The notes under the pieces are model-generated. The model was not told the DNA's origin. It made no database searches and worked only from the letters and a program-made list of their open reading frames with translations. The translations under genes and the position numbers were made by a program. From the NCBI GenBank assembly GCA_031367195.1, contig JANLPL010000250.1:12569-76568 (forward strand): 64,000 bases of DNA, written 5' to 3'. How positions within the stretch are numbered: position 1 is the stretch's first letter; every line of letters begins with the position of its first letter. Shown one piece after another: positions 39,560 through 51,100 of this stretch. Source of the stretch: Bradyrhizobium sp. GTDB taxonomy: Bacteria; Pseudomonadota; Alphaproteobacteria; Rhizobiales; Beijerinckiaceae.

Positions 39560-41806
39560 ATGGAGCGGTCAGTCAAAAAGGCCCTGTGGCTTAGCACCGG
39601 GTTCGTTTTTCTGGTTCTGGCGACCGAGCCCGTCGGCATTCGCTCGCAATTCGCCATCGGCGTCGCCGCGCTGATCGGCATGTCGGTCATTCGCGCCCTT
39701 GGACTGACGGGCGCCTGGCGCCAGATTTTTCTGGCCCTCGGCACGGCGGTCGTGATCCGTTATTTCTTCTGGCGCACGGTCAACACCATCCCGCCGATCA
39801 GCGACCTGTGGAATTTCATTCCCGGCGTGCTGCTTTACATGGCCGAACTGTACTCGACAGTCATGCTGGCGATCAGCCTGTTCGTGGTCGCCGACCCGCT
39901 CGACCGCAAGCCGCCCCGAACGCTGGCCCCGGAGGAGATGCCCACCGTCGACATCTTTATCCCTACCTATAACGAAGACCCTGAGTTGCTGGCGATGACG
40001 GTGATTGCCGCTGTCGACATGGACTATCCCAAGGACAAGATCACGGTCTGGCTGCTCGACGACGGCGGGTCGGACCAGAAATGCAACCAGGACAATCTCA
40101 AGAAGGCCAAGGAGGCGCAGGAGCGCCGCGTCGAATTGACCGCGCTCGCGGAGGAACTCGGCGCCAAATACCTGACCCGCGCCAAGAACGAACACGCCAA
40201 AGCCGGCAATATGAACAATTGCTTCAAGCAATCCGAGGGCGAACTGATCGCCGTGTTCGACGCCGACCACGTCCCGGTGCGCGAATTTCTACAGCAGACC
40301 GTGGGTTATTTTCGCGACGACCCGCGCCTGTTCTTGTGCCAAACGCCGCATTTCTTCACCAATCCCGACCCGCTCGAACGCAATCTGGAAACCTTCCAAC
40401 GCATGCCGTCGGAGAACGAGATGTTCTACGGCATCATCCAGAAGGGTCTCGACAAGTGGAACGGCGCCTTCTTCTGCGGCTCGGCGGCGGTGATCCGTCG
40501 TGAGGCGCTGCAACTCGTCGGCGGCTTTTCCGGCATCACCATCACCGAGGATTGCGAGACCGCGCTCGATCTGCATTCACGCGGCTGGCGCTCGATGTAT
40601 GTCGATAAGCCGATGATCTCCGGCCTGCAACCGGAGACGTTCTCGTCCTTCATTGGCCAGAGATCGCGCTGGGCGCGCGGCATGTTCCAGATTTTCCTCT
40701 TGAAGAACCCCGTGCTTAAGCGCGGCCTGACTTTGGCGCAGAAGATTTGTTATCTCTCCAATATCACTTATTGGTTTTTCTCGATCTTCCGCCTGCCTTT
40801 TCTCATTTCACCGCTGTTGTTCATTTACTTTAATATGCAAATCTACATCGCTAACGCCCAGGAATTTATATCTTATACTGTGTTATACATGGTGGCGAAC
40901 ATGATGATGCAGAACTATCTCTACGGCAAAGTACGCTGGGCATTGGTTTCGGAAGTCTATGAATTCATGCAGACGCTTTATCTCGCGCAAGGGTTGTTCA
41001 GCGTCGTCCTCAATCCCTACAAGCCCACATTCAACGTCACCGACAAGGGCAACAGTCTCGACAAGGATCATCTCTCGGAATTGTCCACGCCGTTCTTCGT
41101 CCTGTTCGGCGTTTACGCCGTCTCGATGATCGTGTGCACGTGGCGCTGGTTCACCGAGCGCGACGCCAACGAATTGCTGGGCGTCGTCGCGATGTGGAAC
41201 CTGTTCAATCTCCTGATGTCGTCGGCCGCGCTCGGCGTCATCGCCGAGCGCCGCGCCTTCCGCGCGCCGCTCGACCGGCCGGTCGATCTCGCCATCGGCA
41301 GCTCCCTCATCTCCGCCAAGGCGCTCGACGTTTCCTATGGCGGCTGCCGCGTCTGTGTACCGGCCGACCGGTTGCAACAACCGGTCGTGATCGGGGCGCC
41401 GGCGGTGGTGGACGTCAAGTTGCGGGTGGGCCACGGCGCGCAGAGTTTCCCGGTCGTCGTCAGCAACACGCTTTCGCGCGGCGATACGGTTGAGATCGGC
41501 TTCAGTTTCGGCAAGCTGAAGCGCCGCCACTATCAGGCGATTGGCGATTTGATGTTCGGCGACGCCAGGGAAATCGCGACGTTTCGTGAAAATCGCCGGC
41601 GACCCCGCGGCATCCTGCATGGCATGGGCACATTTTTCGCGTGGAGCTTCACCGGTCCGCCGCGGGCCTTTCGCCTCCTGTGGTGGGAATGGAAAGACCG
41701 CCGCGCCGCCCTCAAGGCGAGCGCGAGCGACTCGGGCGGGGGAACTGCGATCGCGACGCCTGTCGCCACGCTGGAACCAGCGCCGGCGCGCGCCGCCAGC
41801 GCCTGA
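39560..41806 (+). CDS. bcsA: Cellulose synthase catalytic subunit
   Basis: DDG, HAKAGN, FDADH, QTPH, TED, QRSRW; PilZ motifs RRAFR and DVSYGG. Confidence 0.96.
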   Translation: MERSVKKALWLSTGFVFLVLATEPVGIRSQFAIGVAALIGMSVIRALGLTGAWRQIFLALGTAVVIRYFFWRTVNTIPPISDLWNFIPGVLLYMAELYSTVMLAISLFVVADPLDRKPPRTLAPEEMPTVDIFIPTYNEDPELLAMTVIAAVDMDYPKDKITVWLLDDGGSDQKCNQDNLKKAKEAQERRVELTALAEELGAKYLTRAKNEHAKAGNMNNCFKQSEGELIAVFDADHVPVREFLQQTVGYFRDDPRLFLCQTPHFFTNPDPLERNLETFQRMPSENEMFYGIIQKGLDKWNGAFFCGSAAVIRREALQLVGGFSGITITEDCETALDLHSRGWRSMYVDKPMISGLQPETFSSFIGQRSRWARGMFQIFLLKNPVLKRGLTLAQKICYLSNITYWFFSIFRLPFLISPLLFIYFNMQIYIANAQEFISYTVLYMVANMMMQNYLYGKVRWALVSEVYEFMQTLYLAQGLFSVVLNPYKPTFNVTDKGNSLDKDHLSELSTPFFVLFGVYAVSMIVCTWRWFTERDANELLGVVAMWNLFNLLMSSAALGVIAERRAFRAPLDRPVDLAIGSSLISAKALDVSYGGCRVCVPADRLQQPVVIGAPAVVDVKLRVGHGAQSFPVVVSNTLSRGDTVEIGFSFGKLKRRHYQAIGDLMFGDAREIATFRENRRRPRGILHGMGTFFAWSFTGPPRAFRLLWWEWKDRRAALKASASDSGGGTAIATPVATLEPAPARAASA

Positions 41807-41817
41807 GGAGGTTCGCC

Positions 41818-44076
41818 ATGCGATTGCAATTCGTTGTCGCAACGCTTTTCGTTGTCCTTGCGCTGACGGGCCCGGCCGGCGCGAACGGCGCCGCCAATCC
41901 CGGCGGCGAAGCGTTGCATCGGTTTGGCCCCGACCCGCTGCAACTGCGTTTCGAGGGAGAGACCAGCTCAAAAAGCTGGCCGATCTACGTCACGTCAACC
42001 GAAGCCGGTACGCGCGCGCGCATCCATGTCGGTTTCACCAACGCCATCTCCGTCATGCCCGAGTCGTCGACGCTTTCGATCACTGTCAACGATGTCGCCG
42101 TGGCGCAGACGCCGATCGCGGCGGCGACCGATCCCGGAGCACTCGACGTCGAATTGCCGCGCGGTCTGCTGACGCAGGGGTTTAACAATATCCGGATCGC
42201 CGTCTCGCAACGCCATCGCGTCGATTGCTCGATGGAGGCGACCTACGAGCTCTGGACCCAGGTCGATCCCGCTTCCTCCGGCGTCGCTTTTCCGGGCGTG
42301 GCCGACCCGCGCATCGACAGGCTCGACGATCTCGCGGCGATCTCGCCCGACGCTTCCGGCGCGGTGACAATCCGCGTCGTGCTGCCCGAAGACCCCGATG
42401 CGGTCGCGGTCGATAGCGCGATGCGCGCCGTCGAAGCCGTGGCGATCCGCGCCAACATCCAGCGCCCCAGGGTAGAGGTGGTGAACGAAATCCAGGCGGG
42501 CGCGGGGCTCTACGTGCTGGCTGGACAGCGCGGTTACCTCACCTTGCATGGCTTAAGCGAATTCATCGGGCCGGGGCAGGGGCGCGCGCTCTCGGTGGAG
42601 GGGCAGGACGTGTCGGGCCGCGTGGTGGTGGTCGCGGTCGGCGACAGCCCGAAAGAGACGGCGGAGGCGATCGACGGCATTCTTCCCGTGCGCCATGCCG
42701 AGGAGCGCACCGAATCACCGGCGGCGGCGCGCGCGCTGGCCAACCAATTCGGCTATTCCGTAAGCGACCAACTGCATGTGCCGCTGCGCGACCTTGGCGC
42801 GCACACGGAGGAATTCAGCGGCAGGTTGTTTCGCGCCGCTTTCGACATCACTTTGCCGGGCGATTTCTACCCCGCCGACTATGACAAACTGACGCTTTCG
42901 CTCACCGCCGGTTACGCCAGCGGGCTTTCGTCGAATGCGCAAATTCTGGTGCGGGTCAACGACCGCGAAGCGGGCTCGATGCCGATGAAGAACCCGCGCG
43001 GCGATCTGTTCCGCGACCGGCCCGTGTCGGTGTCGCTGAGCGCAATGCGTCCTGGCGTCAATCATGTCGTAGTCGAGGCGCAGACGCCTGACGCCGGCGA
43101 TGCGACTTGCGAAGTCAAGCACCTGATGGATATGCGTAAGCGCTTCGTGTTCTTCGAACGCTCCGAGTTGATCGTTCCCGCCTTCGCCCACATCGGCCGC
43201 CTTCCCAATCTGGCGGCGACCTTTTCGAGCGGCTTTCCCTATGAGTCCGACGCGAGCCTGATCTTCGCGCCGAGCCGCGACCGGAGCACGCTATCGGCGG
43301 TCGCCAGCTATCTCGCGCGCACCGCGTCCGTTTCGGGCCGACTGATCGGCGCCCGCGTCACCTTCGATCGCGAGGCGGCAAAAAAGGGCTCGGTGTTGTT
43401 CATCGGTGCGCTCGACAACTTTCCACAGAGCCTGATCGAGCAGTTCGGCGTCGATTATGTCTCGCTGAAGAAATCCTGGTCGCGCGTCAACGGCGGCGAT
43501 TTCGGCGGCGCCGAGCCGGGCGGGACGGCCGCGCCGCAGAGCGTCGATTCGGGTCAGGTGTTCGATCAATGGGCGCAGGGCGGTCATGCCGCGCCCGAGG
43601 ATTTCTCGCCCCGGCTCACGCTGCGCGCCCTCTACGACCGTTACATCAACATCCATCGCGGCGATTTCGCGCTGCTGCGCGACCCTGAGAAGCTGATCGT
43701 GGCCCCGGAGCGGGCGACCATATTGCTCGCGCAGGCGCACGGTCCGCAGGGTTTCGACACCTGGACGCTGGTGGTCGGCGCAAGTCCGGGCTCGCTCGCC
43801 CGCGACATGACGAGCCTTGTAGCGCCGTCCAATTGGAACGAGGTCGAGGGTCGCGCTTCGGTCTTCACCCCGCGCAGCGGCGCCAAGACCATCGACCACG
43901 CGGTGCACACCTATTTCATCCCAACAGAGTCGTTGACTCCGGGCAATCTGCGATTGATCGCCGCCGGCTTCATGTCGGCCAATCTCGACTATTACGTGGC
44001 TATGGTGCTGGTCGCCGCCATATTGCTAGGTCTCGCCACGCGCGCCGTCGTAAAAGTGCATGGCAACCGGTCGTGA
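41818..44076 (+). CDS. bcsB: Cellulose synthase regulatory/periplasmic subunit
   Basis: Signal peptide, QRHRVDCSMEATYELWTQVD, LPNLAA...GFPY, C-terminal TM anchor; follows bcsA with GAGGAGG SD. Confidence 0.9.
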   Translation: MRLQFVVATLFVVLALTGPAGANGAANPGGEALHRFGPDPLQLRFEGETSSKSWPIYVTSTEAGTRARIHVGFTNAISVMPESSTLSITVNDVAVAQTPIAAATDPGALDVELPRGLLTQGFNNIRIAVSQRHRVDCSMEATYELWTQVDPASSGVAFPGVADPRIDRLDDLAAISPDASGAVTIRVVLPEDPDAVAVDSAMRAVEAVAIRANIQRPRVEVVNEIQAGAGLYVLAGQRGYLTLHGLSEFIGPGQGRALSVEGQDVSGRVVVVAVGDSPKETAEAIDGILPVRHAEERTESPAAARALANQFGYSVSDQLHVPLRDLGAHTEEFSGRLFRAAFDITLPGDFYPADYDKLTLSLTAGYASGLSSNAQILVRVNDREAGSMPMKNPRGDLFRDRPVSVSLSAMRPGVNHVVVEAQTPDAGDATCEVKHLMDMRKRFVFFERSELIVPAFAHIGRLPNLAATFSSGFPYESDASLIFAPSRDRSTLSAVASYLARTASVSGRLIGARVTFDREAAKKGSVLFIGALDNFPQSLIEQFGVDYVSLKKSWSRVNGGDFGGAEPGGTAAPQSVDSGQVFDQWAQGGHAAPEDFSPRLTLRALYDRYINIHRGDFALLRDPEKLIVAPERATILLAQAHGPQGFDTWTLVVGASPGSLARDMTSLVAPSNWNEVEGRASVFTPRSGAKTIDHAVHTYFIPTESLTPGNLRLIAAGFMSANLDYYVAMVLVAAILLGLATRAVVKVHGNRS

Positions 44077-45110
44077 GCGCGCGGCGCTGGTTGGTTGCGG
44101 CGATAGCCGCGCTGGCGCTTGGCGTGTCCATTGCGCCCGCGCGGGCCGAAGATTCGAACTGGGCGCTCTACAAGTCTCGTTTCATCGACGCCGACGGGCG
44201 TCTGTTCGACGATTCCGCCGACAATGTGAGCCATAGCGAGGGGCAGGGCTATGCGCTCGTGCTCGCCGCCTTCAACGACGACCACGACACCTTCGCCCGG
44301 CTGTGGAGTTGGACGCTGGCCAACCTTGAGATCCGCGGCGACCATCTCGCCGCCTGGCGCTGGCGGCCCGATGATCAACCGCACGCGCTCGACAAGAACA
44401 ACGCCACGGACGGCGACCTGCTGATCGCCTGGGGGCTGGCGGAGGCGGGGCGACGCTGGCGCATGCCCGGATATGGGGCGCAGGCCCGCCAGATCGCGTT
44501 GGCGCTCGGTCGAAAGGCTGTGTTTCCCTCGTCGTTCGGGCCAACCTTGCGTCCCGGCGCCGTCGGCTTCGGTTCTGACGACACAATTGACGGGCCGCTG
44601 GTCAATCTCTCCTACTGGGTTTTCCCGGCGATCGACGTGCTGGCCGAGATCGCGCCCGAGGTCGATTGGGCGGGGGTACGCGCCGGCGGCCTGGCGCTGT
44701 TCGACGCCGCGAAATTCGGGCCCGCGCATCTGCCGACAGACTGGCTTTCGCTGCGCGAGGGCGTGGCGCCGGCGAAGGACCGGACGCACGTGTTTGGCTA
44801 TGAGCTGGTGCGGGCGCCACTCTATCTCGCGTGGGGGCCGCCGGAGGCGAAGCCGCGCCTGGCGGCGCTGATGCGGAGTTGGCTCGATGCTTCCGCAGGT
44901 GAGCCGTCGCTGATTGACGTCAACACCGGCAAGCCGACGCAGAGTTTTTCGGATGAGGGCTATCTCGCAATAGCGGCGCTGGCCCGGTGCGCCGTTGAGG
45001 AAAAAAAATTTCCGGAGGAGTTACGGAAGATTCAGTTGAAGCGTTACTACCCTGCCACGCTTCATATGCTTTCATTAACCGTGCTGCGGCTACGGTATCC
45101 GCGATGTTAA
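44073..45110 (+). CDS. bcsZ: GH8 endoglucanase
   Basis: SHSEGQGYA, NNATDGDLLIAW, NLSYW, YELVRAPLYL; signal peptide; GTG start overlaps bcsB stop. Confidence 0.93.
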   Translation: MSARRWLVAAIAALALGVSIAPARAEDSNWALYKSRFIDADGRLFDDSADNVSHSEGQGYALVLAAFNDDHDTFARLWSWTLANLEIRGDHLAAWRWRPDDQPHALDKNNATDGDLLIAWGLAEAGRRWRMPGYGAQARQIALALGRKAVFPSSFGPTLRPGAVGFGSDDTIDGPLVNLSYWVFPAIDVLAEIAPEVDWAGVRAGGLALFDAAKFGPAHLPTDWLSLREGVAPAKDRTHVFGYELVRAPLYLAWGPPEAKPRLAALMRSWLDASAGEPSLIDVNTGKPTQSFSDEGYLAIAALARCAVEEKKFPEELRKIQLKRYYPATLHMLSLTVLRLRYPRC

Positions 45111-48100
45111 AGTGGCGTCTCGTATTTGCGTGCATGTTGGCGGCGTCGCTTGGCGCGGCCCCCGCGCGTGCGCAAAAACCAAGCGCTGCGGCCGAACCCG
45201 CGGTCGTCGAATTCGTCGCCAAGGGGGACGCGGGACTGTTGCCGACGCCGGGCCCCAATGGTGGGCCGCCGGTCGATGCTCCCTATCCGCATATCTATCA
45301 GGCCCCGCTGTTCGGCACGCTGTTCGCGGTCTCCTCCAGCGAAGCGGCGGTGGACGAGAGCGCTCTGCGCTACTACGCCTCGCTGCACAATTTCGTCCGC
45401 GCCAACGCCGAGATCAAACGGTTGAAGTCGCTGCATCCGAACTGGACGCCGCCGACCAACATCTATTCGACTGCCGGCGCCGGCGCGGATGAGCAGCCGT
45501 TCTGGGATTTGCTCGCCGCCGACCGGTTCGAGGAATTGCGCGCCGGCATCGCGCTGAAGGAGCGCTCGAAGCCCGGCTGGAAACCCTCGCGCGATCTCCT
45601 CACCAAGATCGCCCGCAAGTCGGACATCGAGACGCTGGTCAGGAACTCCAACGAGAAGAAGCCGGCCGAGGCGCTCGCCGTCGCCGACGGCGACCCGTCC
45701 ATTCTGCATTGTGCTTATATGGACGCCAACTGGCGCGTCGCCGACGCCTTCCTTGACGTCGGCCTGCCCAAGCGCGCCTTCGAGATCTACCACGCCATCA
45801 TCGCCACCTGTCCCGATCACGATGAGCGGCTGACGACGGTTCGCAAGGCCATCTCGCGTTTCAGCTTCGCCCAAACCGCCTCGCTGATCGCGATGGGCGC
45901 CAAATCCGCCGATGGGGCGACCGAATTCGACGCCGCCAAAATCGATCTTACGCGCGCGCGGATCGCCGCCGTCAACCAGGGCGAGAGCAAGGAGGCCATC
46001 GGCCCGGAGGCGCTCGCCGATTTCTTCGCCGAAGCGTCGCGCACCAAGGTGCGCGCCGATCTCGGACTGGCCGGATGGTTCGAATATAACCGCGACCAAT
46101 TCGACAAAGCCGAGCATTGGTTTTCGCTTGTCTCGCTGGGCAGACCGGCGGGCGCGGATGCGACTGCCGTCAATCTGGCGGAAGGGCGCGCATTGTCGCT
46201 CCTGAAGCTCGGCCGTGTCGAAGACGCGCTCAATCTGTCCTATATTTGGCGCAACGTTTCCAAGACGATGCGCGAAACCTACATCGGGGCCAGCGCCTCC
46301 TTGCTGACGCGCGCCTCGCCGCCGCCCGACGTGTCGGAAAAAGCGCTGGCGGACTTTGTCGCCATTGTCGAGACCGATCGCAGCACTGTCGGCGCGCAGG
46401 CGATCGGCTGGTATCGCTACAACAGCGGCGAGTGGGACGACGCCGCATTGTGGTTCAAGTCCACACTTGTTTGGACGGGCGTGGACGACGCCGCCGGCCC
46501 CAGGGACCGCCAAGTCGATGCGGAAGTCGCAAGCCTGATCGAGGGTTACGGCCGCGCGCTCGCGCACGCCCATCGGATGGACGAGGCGACCCGGCTCGCC
46601 GACCGCTGGCGCGTCGGCGGCGCGGCGCTGGAGACGGTATTCGTCAATCTGATGAGCGGCGCCATCGAGGCCGCGCCCTCCGTCGGCGTGCTGTCGCCCG
46701 ATCAACTCGCCGATTTCGCCGACATCGCGCGCGCTCGACAGTTGGTCGCCGGGGCCGCTTCGCTCGGCTGGCTCCACTATCGTTCGAGCGATTACGCCAA
46801 CGCGATCGTCTGGTTCCGCGATGCGATCGGCTGGAGCCAGCAGGGACGCGGCGATCTAGGGTCCAATCAGGGGCTCGCGCTTTCGCTCAAACAGACCGGC
46901 CAATTCGCCGAAGCCGAAGAGGTCGCCTGGACCTTCGCCAAAGACTCCGCCGATATGCGGGCGATCTACGTCTCCGCCGTCGTCGCTCAACTCTCCCCCG
47001 ACAAGGCGGCCTTGTCGGGCGGACGGCTCAATCGCTTCATAGGTCTTGTCGGCGCGGACCGCTCCTCCGTCGGCGCGCAGGCGCTCGGTTGGTATCGGCT
47101 TAAAGCGGGCAATTGCGCCTATGCCGCGCCATGGTTCCGCAAGGCTACCGCCTGGAGCGCCGCCGGTGCCGAGGACGCCGACACCGCACGCGGTCTCGCT
47201 TTGTCCTTGAAGTCGGTCGGCGACTTCGCGCTGGCCGAAGACCTCGCATACGCCTGGCGCGACCGCGATCCCGAATTGCGTAAGCTCTACGTCGCCATCG
47301 GCGTGGAAGAACTGACGAGCGAGGCGCCAGTAATTGCGGTTAGCGAAGCGCGCGTGCGCAGGCTGTCCGAGCAGGTATTGTCCGATCACAATCTGGCCGG
47401 CGCACGGGCGATTGGTTGGTGGCGCTACCGGCAGGCCGCCTGCGGCTTTGGCGGGCAATGGTTGCGGCTGGCGATCGATTGGAACGACGCGGACAAGCGC
47501 GACGCCAAGACCGACGAGGGCTTTGGCCTGACGCTTCGCGCGACAGGTCGACTGACCCAGGCGGCGCGCCTCGCGCGACCTTGGGCCGACAGCGTCCCCC
47601 TGATGAAGAAGCTCTATATCGACGTGATGGTCGAAGAGCTTTCGCGCGACAACCCGCCGGAGCCGATCGACGAAGCCCGATTGAAGGATTTCGTCGGCGT
47701 GATCGAGCCGATCAAGTCGCCGCTCGGCGCGCAGGCGCTTGGCTGGTACCGCCTTGAGCGCAACGAACTCGATGAGGCCGCGCGCTGGTTCAAAAACGCC
47801 ATCGACTGGTGGCCGCCGCAGCGGCTCGATCTGTCGAAGCGCCTGTCGGCGCCGGTTGACGACTACCAGCCGATCCTCGCCAAGCTCGCGCTCGACATCG
47901 AGGACTATCGCCGCACGCCGCGCGCCTATCCCAATTCCTCGTCGTTGATCGGCAAGAGCACGGAATCCTACGTCAACACAGAGGAGGGCTTCGCCAAGAC
48001 CCAGGAAGGCTATGCGCAGACGCTTCGCGCGCTCGGCCGCGTCGAGGAGGCCGAGGCCATCGCCTGGGCCTGGCGCGACCGCTGGCCGTCGCTGCGCCAG

Positions 48101-51100
48101 CTCTATGTCTATATCGCCGCCGATGAACTCGCGCGCGCGGACGGGCCGGAGATTTCGCCCGAGCGGCTGCGCCGCTACGCCGCCGCGATCGAGGACGCGC
48201 GCTCGGCGCCCGCAGCCGCGGCGATGGCGTGGCGTCTGCTCCGCGCGAAATCGGCCGAGCCGGCGGCGCAATGGTTCGAAAAGGCGCTGGCCTGGGCGCC
48301 GTCGGAACCGCCCGACGCGGGGTTGGTCGAGGGCTATGTCGCCGCCCTGCAAGGCGCCAGGAAATTCGCGGAAGCCGACAAGTTCGCTGCGCGCTGGCGC
48401 GGCGTTTCGCCGCGTTTCGACCTGATCTATCTCAAGAGCGAGTTGGCGAGCCTTCGCGCTTCCGGCGGCGCCGACGCCGCGAGCGCGGCCAAATACGCCG
48501 ATATCGAAAGCGAGATCGACAAATCCCGCTCGGGCGAGGGCGCGTTGTCGCTCGGCTGGCTCGCCTATGAAACGAAGGATTACGAGCGCGCGCTGACCTG
48601 GTTTCGCCATGCGGTGGAATGGGGCGGCGACGCTTCCAAATCAAGGGAAGGCGTCGCGTTGTCGCTGCGCGCGCTCGAACGTTTCGCTGATCTCGCCGAA
48701 TTCGGCTATGCCGAGCGCGGCGTCTCGACCGCGATCCGCGACGTCTATTACGGCGGCATGATCGCCTGGCTGACCGCCGACAAGCCGCTGCGCGACGTCG
48801 CGCCGGAGGCTCGGGCGCATTTCGAACAGGCCGTGCTCGCCGATAAGAGCGTGGCTGCCGCCCAAGCGCTCGGCTGGGGCGCGGCGATGCGCGGCGAATG
48901 GCCGGCGTCGCGCCGCTGGTTCGACAACGCCGTCGCCTGGAGCGGGTTCGATCCGCTGGCCGTTCCCGTGAAGCCCGACGCGGACCGCGTCAAGCTGGTC
49001 GAGGGTTTGGTTCAGGCGTTGCGCGGGGCGGGAGACGCGGCCCGCGCCGAAAACGTCGCCTTTGTCTGGCGTGACGAAAGCCCGGCGCTCGCGGGCCTCT
49101 ACTTGCAAATCTTCACGCAAGCCCTCGCCGAGGACGCAACCCCGCTGGCGCCGCAACGGCTCGCCCGCTTCGCCGCCTACGCGCAAAGCCAGCGTTCGTC
49201 CGAGGCGGCGGGCGCGCTGGGATGGCGGTTCTATCGCGCCAAGGCGCCGCACGACGCGATTGGTTGGTTTGAGCGCGCGCTCGTCTGGGCGCCCGAGGGG
49301 CCGCCGCCGGCCAAACTCGCCGAAGGCTATGCGCTGTCGCTGCGCGCCGCGGGGCGGCTTCTCGACACCGAGAATTTCGCTTACGGGCTCGTCGCCGACC
49401 CCGACATGCGCGCGGCCTATATCTCCGTCGTGGTCGCCGAACTCGCCGAAGACAAGGCCGATCTGGCGCCCGCGCGGCTCGACCGCTTCGTCGCCGTGGT
49501 CGCCGACGCCCGCTCCGCGATCGGCGCGCAGGCGCTGGGCTGGCGCCGGCTCAACCAGGACAATTGCGTCTATGCCGCGCCCTGGTTCCGCAAGGCGCGC
49601 GCCTGGAGCAGCGACGCCACGGAGGAGGCGCAGACCACGCGCGGTCTCGCGCTCGCGTTGCGCAAGGTCGGCGCCTTCGCCCAGGCCGAGGATCTTGCCT
49701 ATGGCTGGGGTGACCGCAATCCCGAGATGCGGAGCCTGTTCGTCGACATCGGTATCGAGGAACTGACCAGCGAAGCGCCGGTGATCGCGATGAGCGAGCC
49801 GCGTGTGCGCCGCCTGTCGGAACGGGTGTTGTCGGAGCGCCATGTCAAGGGCGCGCGGGCGCTGGCCTGGTGGCGCTACCGGCAGGCGGGCTGCGGCTAT
49901 GGCGGCGATTGGTTCCGGCTCGCCACCGGCTGGAACGAGGATGACAAGCGCGACGCCAAGACCGACGAGGGTTTTGGCCTGACCCTGCGCGCGTCCGGCC
50001 GGCTCGCGCGCGCGGAGGCGCTCGCCTATCCCTGGATCGACGCCGTTCCGCTGATGAAGAAGCTCTATATCGACGTGTTGGTCGAGGAGCTTTCGCGCGA
50101 CAATCCGCCGGAGCCGGTCGATGAGGCGCGGCTGAAAGCCTTCGTCGCCACGATCGAGCCGATCAAGTCGCCGCTCGGCGCGCAGGCTTTGGGCTGGTAC
50201 CGCCTTGAGCGCGGCGAACTCGACGAAGCCGCGCGCTGGTTCAAAAACGCTATCGACTGGTGGCCGCCGCAAAAACCCGATCACTCCAGGCGACTGTCGG
50301 CGCCGGTCGACGATTACAAGCCGATCCTGGCCCGGCTCGCGCTGGAGCATAACGACTACCGCCGCACGCCGCGCGCCTATCCGAATTCCTCCTCGCTGAT
50401 CGGCAAGAGCACGGAAGACTACGTCAACACCGAGCAAGGCTTCGCCAAGACTCAGGAAGGCTACGTGCAGACGCTTCGCGCGCTCGGGCGCGTCGAAGAG
50501 GCCGAGGCGATCGCCTTCGCCTGGCGCGACCGCTCGCCGTCGTTGCGCGCGCTCTATCTCGATATGGCCGCCACCGAACTGGATCGACGCGACGGGCCGG
50601 CGCTCGCGCCCGAGCGTTTGCAGCGCTTCCTTGAGGCGATCGAGGCCGATCAATCCCCCGCCGGCGCCGCCGCGATGGCGTGGCGGCAATTTCGGCTCAA
50701 CGCGTTTGAGAACGCCAGCGATTGGTTCCAGAAGGCGCTCGCGTGGTCGAAGGGCGCGGCGCCGCCGCCCAGTCTCGTCGCGGGATATGTGATGGCGTTG
50801 CAGGGCGCGAAGAAGTTCGAGGCGGCCAAATCGGTAGCGGAGAAATGGCGCGGCGCCTCTGTCGAGCTTAATCTCGTCTATGTCCAGAGCGAACTGCAAT
50901 GGCTGCGCGCCACCGGCAAGGCGGACAATGTCACCGCCGCCCAATTCGCCGAGATCGAAAAGACCATGAACGGCGCGAAGTCGGCGGACGGCGCGTTGTC
51001 GCTCGCCTGGATCGCCTATGACGTGCACGACTACGCACACGCGCTGCTTTGGTTCCGCAACGCCGCGCTTTGGGGCGCCGACACGGTCGAGCCCAAGGCG